A DNA stretch of 64,000 nt from Leptolyngbyaceae cyanobacterium (GTDB lineage: Bacteria; Cyanobacteriota; Cyanobacteriia; Phormidesmidales; Phormidesmidaceae): NCBI GenBank assembly GCA_965263355.1, contig CBDHHL010000032.1, positions 1,824,001 through 1,888,000 of the forward strand. Direction: 5' to 3'. This document shows, one piece after another, positions 38,713 to 47,328 of the stretch. The notes below the pieces were generated by a model. That model was not told the origin of the DNA and did not search any database. It saw nothing but the letters and a program-made list of their open reading frames with translations. Both the position numbers and the translations under genes were made by a program. Positions within the stretch are counted from its first letter, which is position 1, and each line of letters opens with the position of its first letter.

Positions 38713-40512
38713 ATGACCATCTCCCCCACCCCATCCCGCCAACTTCCTAAAATCGATCCTGTCACCGCCCAAGTTATCGCCGGAGCCCTCAATGGCATCG
38801 CCTTAGAAATGGGCCACAAGCTTGCTCGCATGTCCTACTCCAGCATCATTCGTGAGTCCGAGGACTTTGGTGCCGCCGTTCTCGATGCTGACTGTCAGCA
38901 ACTGGCTGAATGCGCCTATAGTACTCCTCTACAGCTTGGTCCTATCCCTGGCTACATGCGGGGCGTCCTCAAAGCCATGGAAGAAGACGGAGAAGAGTTT
39001 TACCCTGGTGATGTAATTTTGCACAATCACGCCTATTATGGTGCTTCCCACGGTCCCGACATTGGTATTGGTATTCCCATTTTTCGAGATGAAGAGCTGA
39101 TTGGCTATTCTTTTACCACGGCTCATCACCTGGATATTGGTTCATCTTCCCCAGGCAGTTGCGGTATTGTCGATGCAGTGGATGCTTTTGCCGAAGGGTT
39201 ACAGTTCAAGGCCGTAAAGATTTACGAGAAAGGTATCAAAAACCGCCAAGTTTGGCGCATGCTACGACAGAACATTCGTAGTGCTCAGGTTGTAGTAGGC
39301 GATATTGAAGCTCAAGTAGCGGCCTGTCGCGTGGGTGAGCAGAGATTTCTAGAACTGGTAGACCAATACGGGTTAGCTATAGTATTAGCTGCCAGCGAAG
39401 TCCTGATGAACTATTCCGAACGGATGATGCGTCAGGCAATTTCAAAGCTACCGGATGGCACTTATTCCGCCGAAGGCTTTATTGATGGCTTTTTGGATGA
39501 TCCGGATCCCAGTAAAAAAGACTTAAAAATTGCCGTTACTGTCACCATTGATGGTAGCGATATGACTATCGACCTGACAGGTACAGCGCCCCAGGTGGAC
39601 GATCGCCCTATTAATATGCCTTTTGTGGGCACCGTGGACATCGCTATTTTTGTTACCTTGCGTTCTGTTTTGCTCGATACGTCTTTGATGGAATATGTGC
39701 CTCAAAATTCTGGTCTGACGCGTCCCATTCATATTGTCGCGCCTAGGGGCTGTTTGGCTAATCCCATTTACCCAGCTCCAGTTATTGCCCGCTGTTGTCC
39801 AGGTAATATTGTCGCTGACACCCTGATGAAAGCCCTAGCCCAGGTTGCTCCTCAAAACGTTAGCGGCGGCATTGGCAATATCAAGGTGGTTTCCTATAGT
39901 GGTGCCTTGGATGAAGACTACTGGGTCTACATGGACATTACAGAGGGCAGCTACGGTGGTCGCTATGGCAAGGATGGCATGGATGGTGTAGATACACTCT
40001 ATGCTAACACTCGCAACAATCCCATCGAAGACATTGAAGCTCATTTGCCCCTGAGAGTAACCCGTTACGAACTGATTGAAGACGCCAGCGGTGCTGGTAA
40101 ATGGCGAGGTGGTCTAGGCTCCATTCGAGATATTCAGTTTCTCTCACCTGGGCAAATGTCTTTGGAAGGAGAAGGTAATAAATATGCACCTTGGGGCATA
40201 TTTGGCGGAGAAGATGGCACACCCGGTGGCGTGCAAATCCTACAGTCAGATAGTGATGAAGTCCAGGTTTTGCCATCTAAGTTCCCTTGTCGTAAGACAA
40301 AACCCGGTGATACTTTACGTACCATTAGTCCCTGCGGTGGTGGCTATGGTAATCCTTTAGAACGTGAGCCAGCCTTGGTTTTGGAAGATGTTCTAGATGG
40401 GTTTCTTACCATTGATTCGGCTCAGCAAGACTATAAGGTAGTGATTGATCCCATTATACTTACAGTTGATGATGCCGCAACAACGTCTCTGCGACAAGCT
40501 CAGGAACTCTAA
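38713..40512 (+). CDS. Hydantoinase B/oxoprolinase-family subunit
   Basis: SSIIRESEDF, SHGPD, HHLDIG, EGSYGGRYGKDG, NNPIEDIE, GAGKWRGG, GGGYG. Confidence 0.92.
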   Translation: MTISPTPSRQLPKIDPVTAQVIAGALNGIALEMGHKLARMSYSSIIRESEDFGAAVLDADCQQLAECAYSTPLQLGPIPGYMRGVLKAMEEDGEEFYPGDVILHNHAYYGASHGPDIGIGIPIFRDEELIGYSFTTAHHLDIGSSSPGSCGIVDAVDAFAEGLQFKAVKIYEKGIKNRQVWRMLRQNIRSAQVVVGDIEAQVAACRVGEQRFLELVDQYGLAIVLAASEVLMNYSERMMRQAISKLPDGTYSAEGFIDGFLDDPDPSKKDLKIAVTVTIDGSDMTIDLTGTAPQVDDRPINMPFVGTVDIAIFVTLRSVLLDTSLMEYVPQNSGLTRPIHIVAPRGCLANPIYPAPVIARCCPGNIVADTLMKALAQVAPQNVSGGIGNIKVVSYSGALDEDYWVYMDITEGSYGGRYGKDGMDGVDTLYANTRNNPIEDIEAHLPLRVTRYELIEDASGAGKWRGGLGSIRDIQFLSPGQMSLEGEGNKYAPWGIFGGEDGTPGGVQILQSDSDEVQVLPSKFPCRKTKPGDTLRTISPCGGGYGNPLEREPALVLEDVLDGFLTIDSAQQDYKVVIDPIILTVDDAATTSLRQAQEL

Positions 40513-40617
40513 CTTTAGTGCAGCTTTCATTAGCACCTTTGTTGGCCAGTAACCATTGGGTTTATTGTCGTTTTCCTCGGTACGTTTTTCGCCCGGCGCG
40601 TTGCCTTCTTAAGAAAT

Positions 40618-40741
40618 TAAGTAGGTAGGCAAAATAACTTACACAAGAACTTTTCAAGGATGACACTTTTGAAAAGGCCCCCAGAATTGGGGGATTTAGG
40701 GGGCTTCCAGGATTTTGAAATTAATTGTGCTTATCTACTTA
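40618..40741. mobile_element. MITE-like element
   Basis: Ends TAAGTAGGTAGGCAAAATAA and TTAATTGTGCTTATCTACTTA form an imperfect inverted repeat; internal CCCCCAGAATTGGGGGATTTAGGGGG repeat. Confidence 0.55.
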
Positions 40742-40935
40742 CGATATTCCTGAGCCCGTCTCAGCATTTTGGGATTTTCTCATGCCAAGAATCAACAACA
40801 TGCCTATACATTTAGGCTGCAAATCAAGCGTTTCAGCAGCAGTAGAAACATATTATGAAATTATGACAAGTTTTTGTAATCTATTGTAGGCTGTAATCTG
40901 TATATCAGAATACGCGTTTTTGCTAAGACAGCTTG

Positions 40936-41820
40936 ATGGACAATTGGAATGAGATCAAGACAGCCTATCAGGTCGCACGTTTTGGAACTATCAGCGCTGC
41001 AGCAGAAGCATTAGGTGTACATCGCTCAACCGTTATTCGACATATTGATACACTAGAAGCTGTTTTGGGAGCCAAAATTTTTCTGCGTCATGCACGGGGA
41101 TATACGCCAACAGATTTAGGGTTTGATTTGATGCGTGTGGCAAAGGCCACTGATGAACAATTTAGTCGGTTAGTGGAACGGGCAAAGGCAGATACAGCAG
41201 GATTATCCGGTGAATTTATTTTAACATCGTTGTATATCCTCGCACCGTTGGTGATCCCAATCTTGAAGTCCTTTCAAGCCAGCCATCCCAAGGTCATTGT
41301 CCGATATCTGACCGGCGAACGACTTTTTCGGTTGAACTATGCGGAAGCCCATGTTGCTGTAAGAGCCGGTCCCAAACCTGATCTCCCAGACCACATCGTC
41401 CAGCCCTTTATTAAGACAAGGGTAGGATTATATGCTAGTGCTGACTACATTTCCCGTAATGGTACTCCACAAACGTCTGAGGATTTTGTAAATCACTGTT
41501 TTGTAGGTTTTGACAACTTAAATTCTGGTCCACCCTTTAATCTAAATATCTGGATGCGAGAAAACATTCCTGAAACAAATGTTGTTCTTCGAAGTACTGA
41601 TGTACTTGTGTTAGACCATGCAATATTATCGGGCATAGGAATCGGTTTCTATCCGGCTGAAAAAGCCAAACAACATTCTGATTTAATTGAAATCTTACCC
41701 CATCAAAATGAATGGGATGTGCCATTCTGGCTGATCACCCATGCTGACTTACATCGAACTGCTAAAGTACAGGCCTTTCTGAAATTTTTGCAGGAAAAGG
41801 CTAATGAACAAGCTTCTTAA
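40936..41820 (+). CDS. LysR-family transcriptional regulator
   Basis: HTH GTISAAAEALGVHRSTVIRHIDTLE...LGAKIF.R...GYTPT; substrate domain EAHVAVRAG. Confidence 0.93.
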   Translation: MDNWNEIKTAYQVARFGTISAAAEALGVHRSTVIRHIDTLEAVLGAKIFLRHARGYTPTDLGFDLMRVAKATDEQFSRLVERAKADTAGLSGEFILTSLYILAPLVIPILKSFQASHPKVIVRYLTGERLFRLNYAEAHVAVRAGPKPDLPDHIVQPFIKTRVGLYASADYISRNGTPQTSEDFVNHCFVGFDNLNSGPPFNLNIWMRENIPETNVVLRSTDVLVLDHAILSGIGIGFYPAEKAKQHSDLIEILPHQNEWDVPFWLITHADLHRTAKVQAFLKFLQEKANEQAS

Positions 41821-41944
41821 TTTGCCAATTCCGTTGACTGAATTGTCTGGTCAGATGAATTGAATAAAAATACTGGAATAATAGACCATGCAATTAAAAT
41901 AGCAAAGAAAATATATTCGGGAAAAAGCTTAAACCAGTTAGCTG

Positions 41945-42078
41945 CCATAGGAATTTCAACATCATACTCGCACAAAATATCGGGGTCTGCTTCTGTTAGT
42001 TCACAGTGGGGGCTGAATAACTGTCCACTTTTGAGGGTATGCGTGACAATTGGAGCTAGGGTTCGAACTGTGTTCAGC
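41945..42078 (-). pseudogene. Possible N-terminal remnant of a CocE/NonD-type hydrolase
   Basis: TLAPIVTHTLKSGQLFSPHCELTEADPDILCEYDVEIPM resembles the DVxIPM start of CocE/NonD hydrolases; no start codon, and it joins unrelated hydrophobic sequence. Confidence 0.35.
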
Positions 42079-42507
42079 CTATGAAGGCTGGCGCTGGAAA
42101 TAGGCATAAAAACTAAACACAACTGCTGCTGCTGAGATGATTGTCATCATAGTTCCAGGAACAAACTTGTTGTAACCACCAAGGTCAATGAATATAAAGT
42201 AACCGATATCGAGCAGACCACCTACCAGGGCTGAGATAAATATGGCAGCAACGCTTTTGCGCCATATAAATATGCCGCCGATAATGGTAACGACACCAGC
42301 CCAAAGCAGATTAAAACCGTGCTGATTGATGATGGCACCAACAGCATCAGGATAATCCATCGCTAACAGAGCAGGGGCAACGCCATCGGCAATTCCAGAA
42401 ACTGCAGATGTTGTGTCACCAGAGATGGTCAGAATCCCAGCTAAGGCATGGACAAGTCCCCAAATCACCCAAAGGATGGCGGAAATTTTCAATAGTGTGT
42501 GATTCAT
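42079..42507 (-). CDS. Hypothetical 4-TM membrane protein
   Basis: LWVIWGLVHALAG, QHGFNL, DIGYFIFIDLGG, FVPGT; start MNHTLL. Confidence 0.7.
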   Translation of the reverse strand: MNHTLLKISAILWVIWGLVHALAGILTISGDTTSAVSGIADGVAPALLAMDYPDAVGAIINQHGFNLLWAGVVTIIGGIFIWRKSVAAIFISALVGGLLDIGYFIFIDLGGYNKFVPGTMMTIISAAAVVFSFYAYFQRQPS

Positions 42508-42560
42508 GGGTGATGGATATTTACTGTCTAATTGCATAATCTTGCGTTCCTCATCGTGGC

Positions 42561-44039
42561 CTAGAAGTCATATCGAGCAGATGTTTCAAGTCGTGCACCT
42601 GTACCGCATTCTCCATCGAAAGTCTCTCGATCGGCATAGATGACGTCAACCCCAAAGGTGATGTCTTCGATCGGTGTCCAAAATAGATTGATATTGACAT
42701 AAAGACCATTGTCAAACGTACCTGAGTCAGCACTACTGGGTAAGTCAAGGTCTATAAAACCCAAGATAAAATTAGACCGCATGCGATCACTCCACCAATG
42801 TTGATAGGCAACATAGCCAGAGACTGAACTAATCGGGTCAATAGTGCCGTCAGTGTCTATAATTCCGTCAAGGCCAGCGCCTGCAAAAGCAGGCTGATAG
42901 CGAGTAATGCCTTGCCCAGCTTGCACTTGAAACGCCATATTATCTCGTTCCCCAAGGAATCGGAGTGGGATGCGACCGGATAGATTGCCTCCGCCCACAA
43001 ATGCCTGATCGTCTTTTGATACAAGCTGTCGTAGGATACCAGAAGCACGCACACGTCCCCAGGGGCGATCTAGTTGGACATGGCCAATCACATCGGGAAA
43101 CGACTCAGAAGCCAAGTTGTCAGCAGGACCAGTTAGATCTCCCTCTGGGTTCTCAAGCGCTAGACCATATGTCAATCCAGCATCAGTTTGATGCGCCCAT
43201 TGAATCCCAGGTTGGCGAATGTTTGACGCTCCCACTGAAGGGATACCGCTTTGTTCAGGTAAGGCTTTGATGTCAGCAAAGCTAGTCCACCATTGGCCAA
43301 GGGTGAAATCGTCAAATTGGACAACCGCATGGCGGAGCCGAAACTGAAAGCTAGAACCAAATTCGTTACCGCCGCTGGAGAAATCGCCCTCAATAAACGT
43401 ACGGATGGGAAAACGAGCTGTGGTACGTCGAACATCTACATTGAGCCTGCTACCCCGAGCCAAAAACCGTAACTGATTTGTGCCATCGTCTTCTGAGTTA
43501 TCAAGCGGGATAGTGCGATTGAACACCCCAGTCTCAGACCCCAGGTTGTCGAAATCATATATTCCCTGAAGTTTAACGAAACCACCAATTCGTACTGATG
43601 TATTTGTGCCGGGAATACTAATAGAGCCAGGGAAGTTGCCCGTCGTTACGATGGCATCATCAGGAAATCTTCCATCTGGTAAGGGAGATTCTGAACTGTC
43701 TGGTTGTTCTGCTATATCTGGCATTTCCAGTGTGTTTAATGGCTCTGCCATGTCTGACTGCTCTTCGTCTTCAGCAGAAGTAGTGACTGTTGAGGCATTG
43801 TTCGAATTTAGTTTGTCATCATCAACATCGAGATTATCAAGCTGACGCTGCAGCGCTTCAATCTCAGCTTCCTGACGAATGATTTCTTCGTCCTGGCGGG
43901 TAACAGTGTCCTCTAACAATTCTAGCCTTTGACGCAACGCTTCAATCTCAGGATTAAGGGATTGGGCCATGACCGCTTGGCCAAGAGACATAAAGACAAC
44001 TGTAGCCACAGATCCCCAAATACATGTTTTCACTTTCAT
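42561..44039 (-). CDS. DcaP-family outer-membrane porin with N-terminal coiled coil
   Basis: Signal peptide, coiled coil, SIPGTNTSVRIGGFVKL, TFIEGDF, FRLRHA, GQWWTSF.D, YQHWW, C-terminal RYDF. Confidence 0.8.
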   Translation of the reverse strand: MKVKTCIWGSVATVVFMSLGQAVMAQSLNPEIEALRQRLELLEDTVTRQDEEIIRQEAEIEALQRQLDNLDVDDDKLNSNNASTVTTSAEDEEQSDMAEPLNTLEMPDIAEQPDSSESPLPDGRFPDDAIVTTGNFPGSISIPGTNTSVRIGGFVKLQGIYDFDNLGSETGVFNRTIPLDNSEDDGTNQLRFLARGSRLNVDVRRTTARFPIRTFIEGDFSSGGNEFGSSFQFRLRHAVVQFDDFTLGQWWTSFADIKALPEQSGIPSVGASNIRQPGIQWAHQTDAGLTYGLALENPEGDLTGPADNLASESFPDVIGHVQLDRPWGRVRASGILRQLVSKDDQAFVGGGNLSGRIPLRFLGERDNMAFQVQAGQGITRYQPAFAGAGLDGIIDTDGTIDPISSVSGYVAYQHWWSDRMRSNFILGFIDLDLPSSADSGTFDNGLYVNINLFWTPIEDITFGVDVIYADRETFDGECGTGARLETSARYDF

Positions 44040-44089
44040 CTAATGCAACCTTGTAAGCCTAAGGGATACTGAGGATTTTAGTAGGGGCG

Positions 44090-44548
44090 TTAGCCTAGTT
44101 GCCTGTGAATTCTAAGGAAAATTTGTTCAGTTGCAATCATGGAGAGGACAACGACAATAAAAGCAAGATTTCCATTAGCTGTCCCTGTGAAAACAACTTT
44201 GTCACCAAACAGAAAATCAATGCCACTAATGAGAACTAACTTAGAACCCACTTTAGCTAGCACAAAGCACAGCACTTTGAGTAATATCATTCTAAAACCG
44301 CTTTTTCCCTTAAAGAAAGCAGACACTTTGCTAAACGCATACGTTGTAAATGTCAACGCAATTTGAATGATAAATGCCATCAAAACAAGGACAGTAAAAG
44401 AATCAATGGACACATACTGCCAATATTCTTCAATCAGTCCAATGACTACTAAACTGAGCAGAACTCCAATCAGATGACGAGTAAAAAATTTCTGCTTGTC
44501 AGTTGGAATAAAAACTTCAGAGTTGCTGGATGAAACCATGATTTCCAC
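44090..44548 (-). CDS. Hypothetical membrane protein
   Basis: Four hydrophobic helices; EYWQYVSIDSF, FLFGDKVVF.G. Confidence 0.65.
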   Translation of the reverse strand: MEIMVSSSNSEVFIPTDKQKFFTRHLIGVLLSLVVIGLIEEYWQYVSIDSFTVLVLMAFIIQIALTFTTYAFSKVSAFFKGKSGFRMILLKVLCFVLAKVGSKLVLISGIDFLFGDKVVFTGTANGNLAFIVVVLSMIATEQIFLRIHRQLG

Positions 44549-44600
44549 ACGTAATCGACAGCTAGTAGCTGAACAAAATTAATTGTTAAACCTATTAGCT

Positions 44601-44673
44601 GGCTTCGACTCCGCTCGACCAGCTAAGCCCCTTGCCTGGCATAAAGACTGAGAGTTGAGCGGAGTCGAAACCC
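44601..44673. repeat. REP-like inverted repeat pair
   Basis: GGCTTCGACTCCGCTC ... GAGCGGAGTCGAAACC. Confidence 0.7.
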
Positions 44674-44705
44674 GTCTACAAGATAATTACTTAGATATAG
44701 AAATC

Positions 44706-44844
44706 GGGTATCCACTCAAGTCGGGAAATTTTGGTTAAGTAGTAATCTAGAATCCAGGAGCCAGAATTTAGAAGGGATATTGCTTCTGGCTCCTGACTTC
44801 TGACGTCTATCCTTAGGAAAACTTCCCGCTTTAAGTTGGTACCC
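44706..44844. mobile_element. MITE-like element
   Basis: Ends GGGTATCCACTCAAGTCGGGAA and TTCCCGCTTTAAGTTGGTACCC form an imperfect inverted repeat; internal CAGGAGCCAGAA/TTCTGGCTCCTG. Confidence 0.5.
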
Positions 44845-44850
44845 TAGAAA

Positions 44851-45477
44851 TCAGTTAGATGCAGATTTCAAAGTTGCTTTAGCTTCTTTATTCAAAGCGA
44901 GATATTTTTCAACGTCATCAAACGTTGCTGGAATAGCATCTTTTCTGTCACCCAGCTTAGGGTTGAATTCCCTTGTATCGCAGGCAAATTCAAGCATAAT
45001 TCCGTCGGGATCTTGAAAGAAAATGGAACGCATCCAAACCCCTTCATGAAGTTCGTCTGACACCTGTGCAGGTGAATTGTCATGGTTCATGATTGGAGTA
45101 GCGTTTACCCCTTTTGCAATTAACTTCTGATAATATTCTTCCATCTTTTCTGGAGGGACATTAAAAGCAAAGTGGTTCATTGATCCATGTGAAGACACGG
45201 ATACCTCATTACCTTGTTCTGGATCGAAGACAGATTGAGGGTTAGAAATACCGATCTCTCGCTCTGCAGCATCGGGAAACCAAAAAAAAGCGAAACTTTC
45301 TTGCCCGCCCATGCTGAAAAAAAAGTGTTGACCAACACCACCAGGCATCTCAAGCGTTCTACTTAACTCCATGCCCAGCACATTAGTGTAAAAATCTACC
45401 GTGCGTTGCATGTCTTTACAAACCATTGCTATATGGTTTAGTCCTAGAATTTCAAATTCTGAGTTTGTATTTTTCAT
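44851..45477 (-). CDS. VOC/glyoxalase-family protein
   Basis: GLNHIAMVCKDMQRTVDFYTNVLG, MNHFAF, SIFFQDPDGIMLEF; GAGGAG RBS. Confidence 0.88.
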   Translation of the reverse strand: MKNTNSEFEILGLNHIAMVCKDMQRTVDFYTNVLGMELSRTLEMPGGVGQHFFFSMGGQESFAFFWFPDAAEREIGISNPQSVFDPEQGNEVSVSSHGSMNHFAFNVPPEKMEEYYQKLIAKGVNATPIMNHDNSPAQVSDELHEGVWMRSIFFQDPDGIMLEFACDTREFNPKLGDRKDAIPATFDDVEKYLALNKEAKATLKSASN

Positions 45478-45719
45478 GGATATACTCCTCTCAAATGATT
45501 GGAACAATTTACTTGCAAGAACAATCTCATGCTTAAGAGGTCTAGCATGACGCCTAGGTGTCAGGGAATGGAATCATGTGCATTCTCTTCGCACCTGATA
45601 TCTACATGTCATGCTGACATGCTTCAAAATTGCTGTAAATTCCATTAATATGCACATCATATGTGCGATTTTGCAGAGGTAGCTTGTGGGATTAGAACAG
45701 ATGCTGGCCACAATGATTG

Positions 45720-46838
45720 CTAGAAACTTAGACGACGGGCGGTGCGATCGCAGTAATTAATCACCCTAGCCTGCCAATAATCCACCTGACGTCGCCAATT
45801 AGAGCGACTACACCAGCTCTGATAAGCCGGTATCGCCACCTCGCACAAAAACTGTTGCCATCGTTGAGTAATCACCTCTGGAGTGTAGTGAATAGAACGA
45901 ATTTGCCCTTTTTTAACAATCCTTGCCCGCAGCACAGTATCTTGTTGCAATTGATCTAGACAAGACAACAACTCTGCCATAGAGTTAGCTTCTAAATAAT
46001 CTACACCAGAAGTCCCCTCTGTTTGATAGGCTAACTCTCGACCCAATATGGCTGGAACACCTGCTAACCAGGCATTATAAAGCTTGGTAGCAGGTTTATT
46101 CCGATAAGCAGGACGTCTCAGATTAAACTGACGCACAGCGATAATTCCATCGATATGTCGATAATCATTCCAGCGGGTATCAATCGATTGATGGCTATCC
46201 CAGACATTGGTATTGATCACCGGTAACCAGTTCAACCCTCGCTGCTGCAGCTTTTTTTCCCACTCGGGGGCCATCAACTCAGCCACTAAACTGTTGCGAT
46301 GTCCTAGAAACGCAATCGTTTCAAACCGATCTCGTCGTTCCAATAAACGAGGCTGTAATCCAGGTTGAGGCCAATGGGGAATAAAATAACATCCCAGCCA
46401 CCTAGAGGCCTCACAGGGATTTTGTACCACATGGAGCTGTGCCTGGGCACACAAAGTATCCTCGGCCTTCAAACAAATTAGCAAACGTCTAGGACCGGGC
46501 CGAATAGCAGCCCCTCGAGTAGCGTTAGCATGGAATAGAACAATGCCCTGATCAGGCAACTGCTTCGTTAGCTGACAAGCAAAACCAGCTTCCCGTAGCT
46601 TTAGATATGTCTGTAAAGTCCAAGCATAAATACCTAACCCAAAGCCTGACCAGTTTTCAGCACTGGATGTCGGTAGCTGAGCAGGCCAGAAAGCTGCCGG
46701 GATATAAAAGTAAATATCCGTAAACGAAGAATTTTCCAAACGTGTCAGCGAGGTGTAAACGACCCAAGATGATTTTATCAGTCTCCTAACGTTTTCAATC
46801 ACCACCCAACTGTAATCATCCCAACCGAAAACCACCAT
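45720..46838 (-). CDS. Putative glycosyltransferase-like protein
   Basis: WTLQTY..L, HVVQNP, PHWPQPGL.PR, KPATKLYNAWLAGVPAILG. Start uncertain. Confidence 0.55.
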   Translation of the reverse strand: MVVFGWDDYSWVVIENVRRLIKSSWVVYTSLTRLENSSFTDIYFYIPAAFWPAQLPTSSAENWSGFGLGIYAWTLQTYLKLREAGFACQLTKQLPDQGIVLFHANATRGAAIRPGPRRLLICLKAEDTLCAQAQLHVVQNPCEASRWLGCYFIPHWPQPGLQPRLLERRDRFETIAFLGHRNSLVAELMAPEWEKKLQQRGLNWLPVINTNVWDSHQSIDTRWNDYRHIDGIIAVRQFNLRRPAYRNKPATKLYNAWLAGVPAILGRELAYQTEGTSGVDYLEANSMAELLSCLDQLQQDTVLRARIVKKGQIRSIHYTPEVITQRWQQFLCEVAIPAYQSWCSRSNWRRQVDYWQARVINYCDRTARRLSF

Positions 46839-46912
46839 AAAATTCTCCCCCGATTCCTTCTTTTGAAAGGAAATCAGGGGAGAATTCCGAAACTAAATGT
46901 CCAGAGTCAAAA

Positions 46913-47326
46913 CTATACTTTCTTACTTGCCAAGACCTTGATCTTAGTAATCAGGGAGTTTTTCAGTTTTTCATAATCTGTAGCCGATCCAGATGTGGGT
47001 TTTGGAAAAAAGTCCAGGGCACCAGCCTGCATTAAATTAAAAATATTATCCACATCAGAGGGATGTACCGTATTGCTTACCACGAGAATCGGTCGGGGAA
47101 ATTCAGACATAACTTTTTTGGTAAATTCCAGACCATCCATTTGAGGCATCTGTAAGTCAGTGCAGATTACATCTGGCATGGTTTGAGCAATCACCTTTAA
47201 CCCATCGGCCCCATCTTGAGCCGTACCGACAACGTCAACCTCTGGAGACGAATCGATCAGCCGCTGTAGAATTTGTAACGCAATGGCAGAATCTTCAACT
47301 AGAACAACTTTAATTGGGTTAGCCAT
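46913..47326 (-). CDS. Stand-alone receiver domain of CheB type (no methylesterase domain)
   Basis: VVLVEDS, VVGTAQDG, PDVICTDLQMPQMDG, PRPILVVS, GALDFFPKP; stops after KIKVLASKKV. Confidence 0.8.
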   Translation of the reverse strand: MANPIKVVLVEDSAIALQILQRLIDSSPEVDVVGTAQDGADGLKVIAQTMPDVICTDLQMPQMDGLEFTKKVMSEFPRPILVVSNTVHPSDVDNIFNLMQAGALDFFPKPTSGSATDYEKLKNSLITKIKVLASKKV

Positions 47327-47328
47327 AG

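Noticed and set aside
40900..40913. GTA-N8-TAC NtcA-like site before the LysR gene
   Set aside because: This 6-base pattern is expected many times by chance, and no supporting promoter spacing was seen.
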